Under the pieces are notes generated by a model. It was not told the DNA's origin. It made no database searches and was given only the letters and a program-made list of their open reading frames with translations. Shown in pieces: positions 19,648-20,000 of a stretch of DNA of 20,000 nt. The DNA comes from Piedraia hortae CBS 480.64 (Eukaryota), in contig MU006003.1 of assembly GCA_010093745.1 (NCBI GenBank), positions 111,351 to 131,350 on the forward strand. The letters run 5' to 3'. Each line of letters starts with the position of its first letter. Position 1 is the first letter of the stretch. The translations under genes were made by a program, and so were the position numbers.

Positions 19648-20000
19648 AAAAAAATGTTTGGTCCAAAAACACGTCAAAATGATCGTAGAGTGCTCTAGAG
19701 TGCATGGAAAGGTGTTTTGGGAGATTCTGGAGGGGGTCGAAAAAATCCGCCTGCGATGTTTGCTTTCAGTTCGCCTAGGATGTTTGGTTTTTGCTGGACT
19801 TGTGGAGGCGAAATTTGAACAGGGTAATGAGATGGTCCCGATGCAGGTTAGGAAAAAAGTTGAGATGATTCTAGTGGTTGGATGGCGATATAGGCAGGCA
19901 GTGGTTGGGGGTAGGGAGAGTAGTGGTGGGGGGATAGGGTTGGTAGTATATACCCCCCCAAAAAACGAAAGGAGCAGTTCGGGAGGGCAATGGTGGGAGG

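Overview
Eukaryotic DNA from a filamentous ascomycete: a gene-dense, compact locus with nine housekeeping-type genes. They are RAX2 (5' part, runs off the left edge), UTP12/DIP2, PAL1, USB1, a small lipocalin/calycin-like gene, a FUN30/SMARCAD1 remodeler, VMA21, a DUF2406 gene and U2AF65. RAX2 and VMA21 are absent from the ORF track, and several other genes needed manual splicing. All 13 inferred introns are 44-55 nt with degenerate 5' splice sites. Unexplained parts are two gene-free gaps (7.3-9.0 kb and 14.6-17.4 kb, the second with a possible decayed ORF), a 29-30 bp CACGTG/ACGTCA-rich repeat array upstream of U2AF65, and a G/T-skewed right edge. I see no clear new biological system. The best leads are splicing-level oddities (VMA21 dual-frame exon, in-frame stop-free introns, a hairpin over a donor) and the right-edge repeat region. 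Family calls are from recalled motifs, not database searches.
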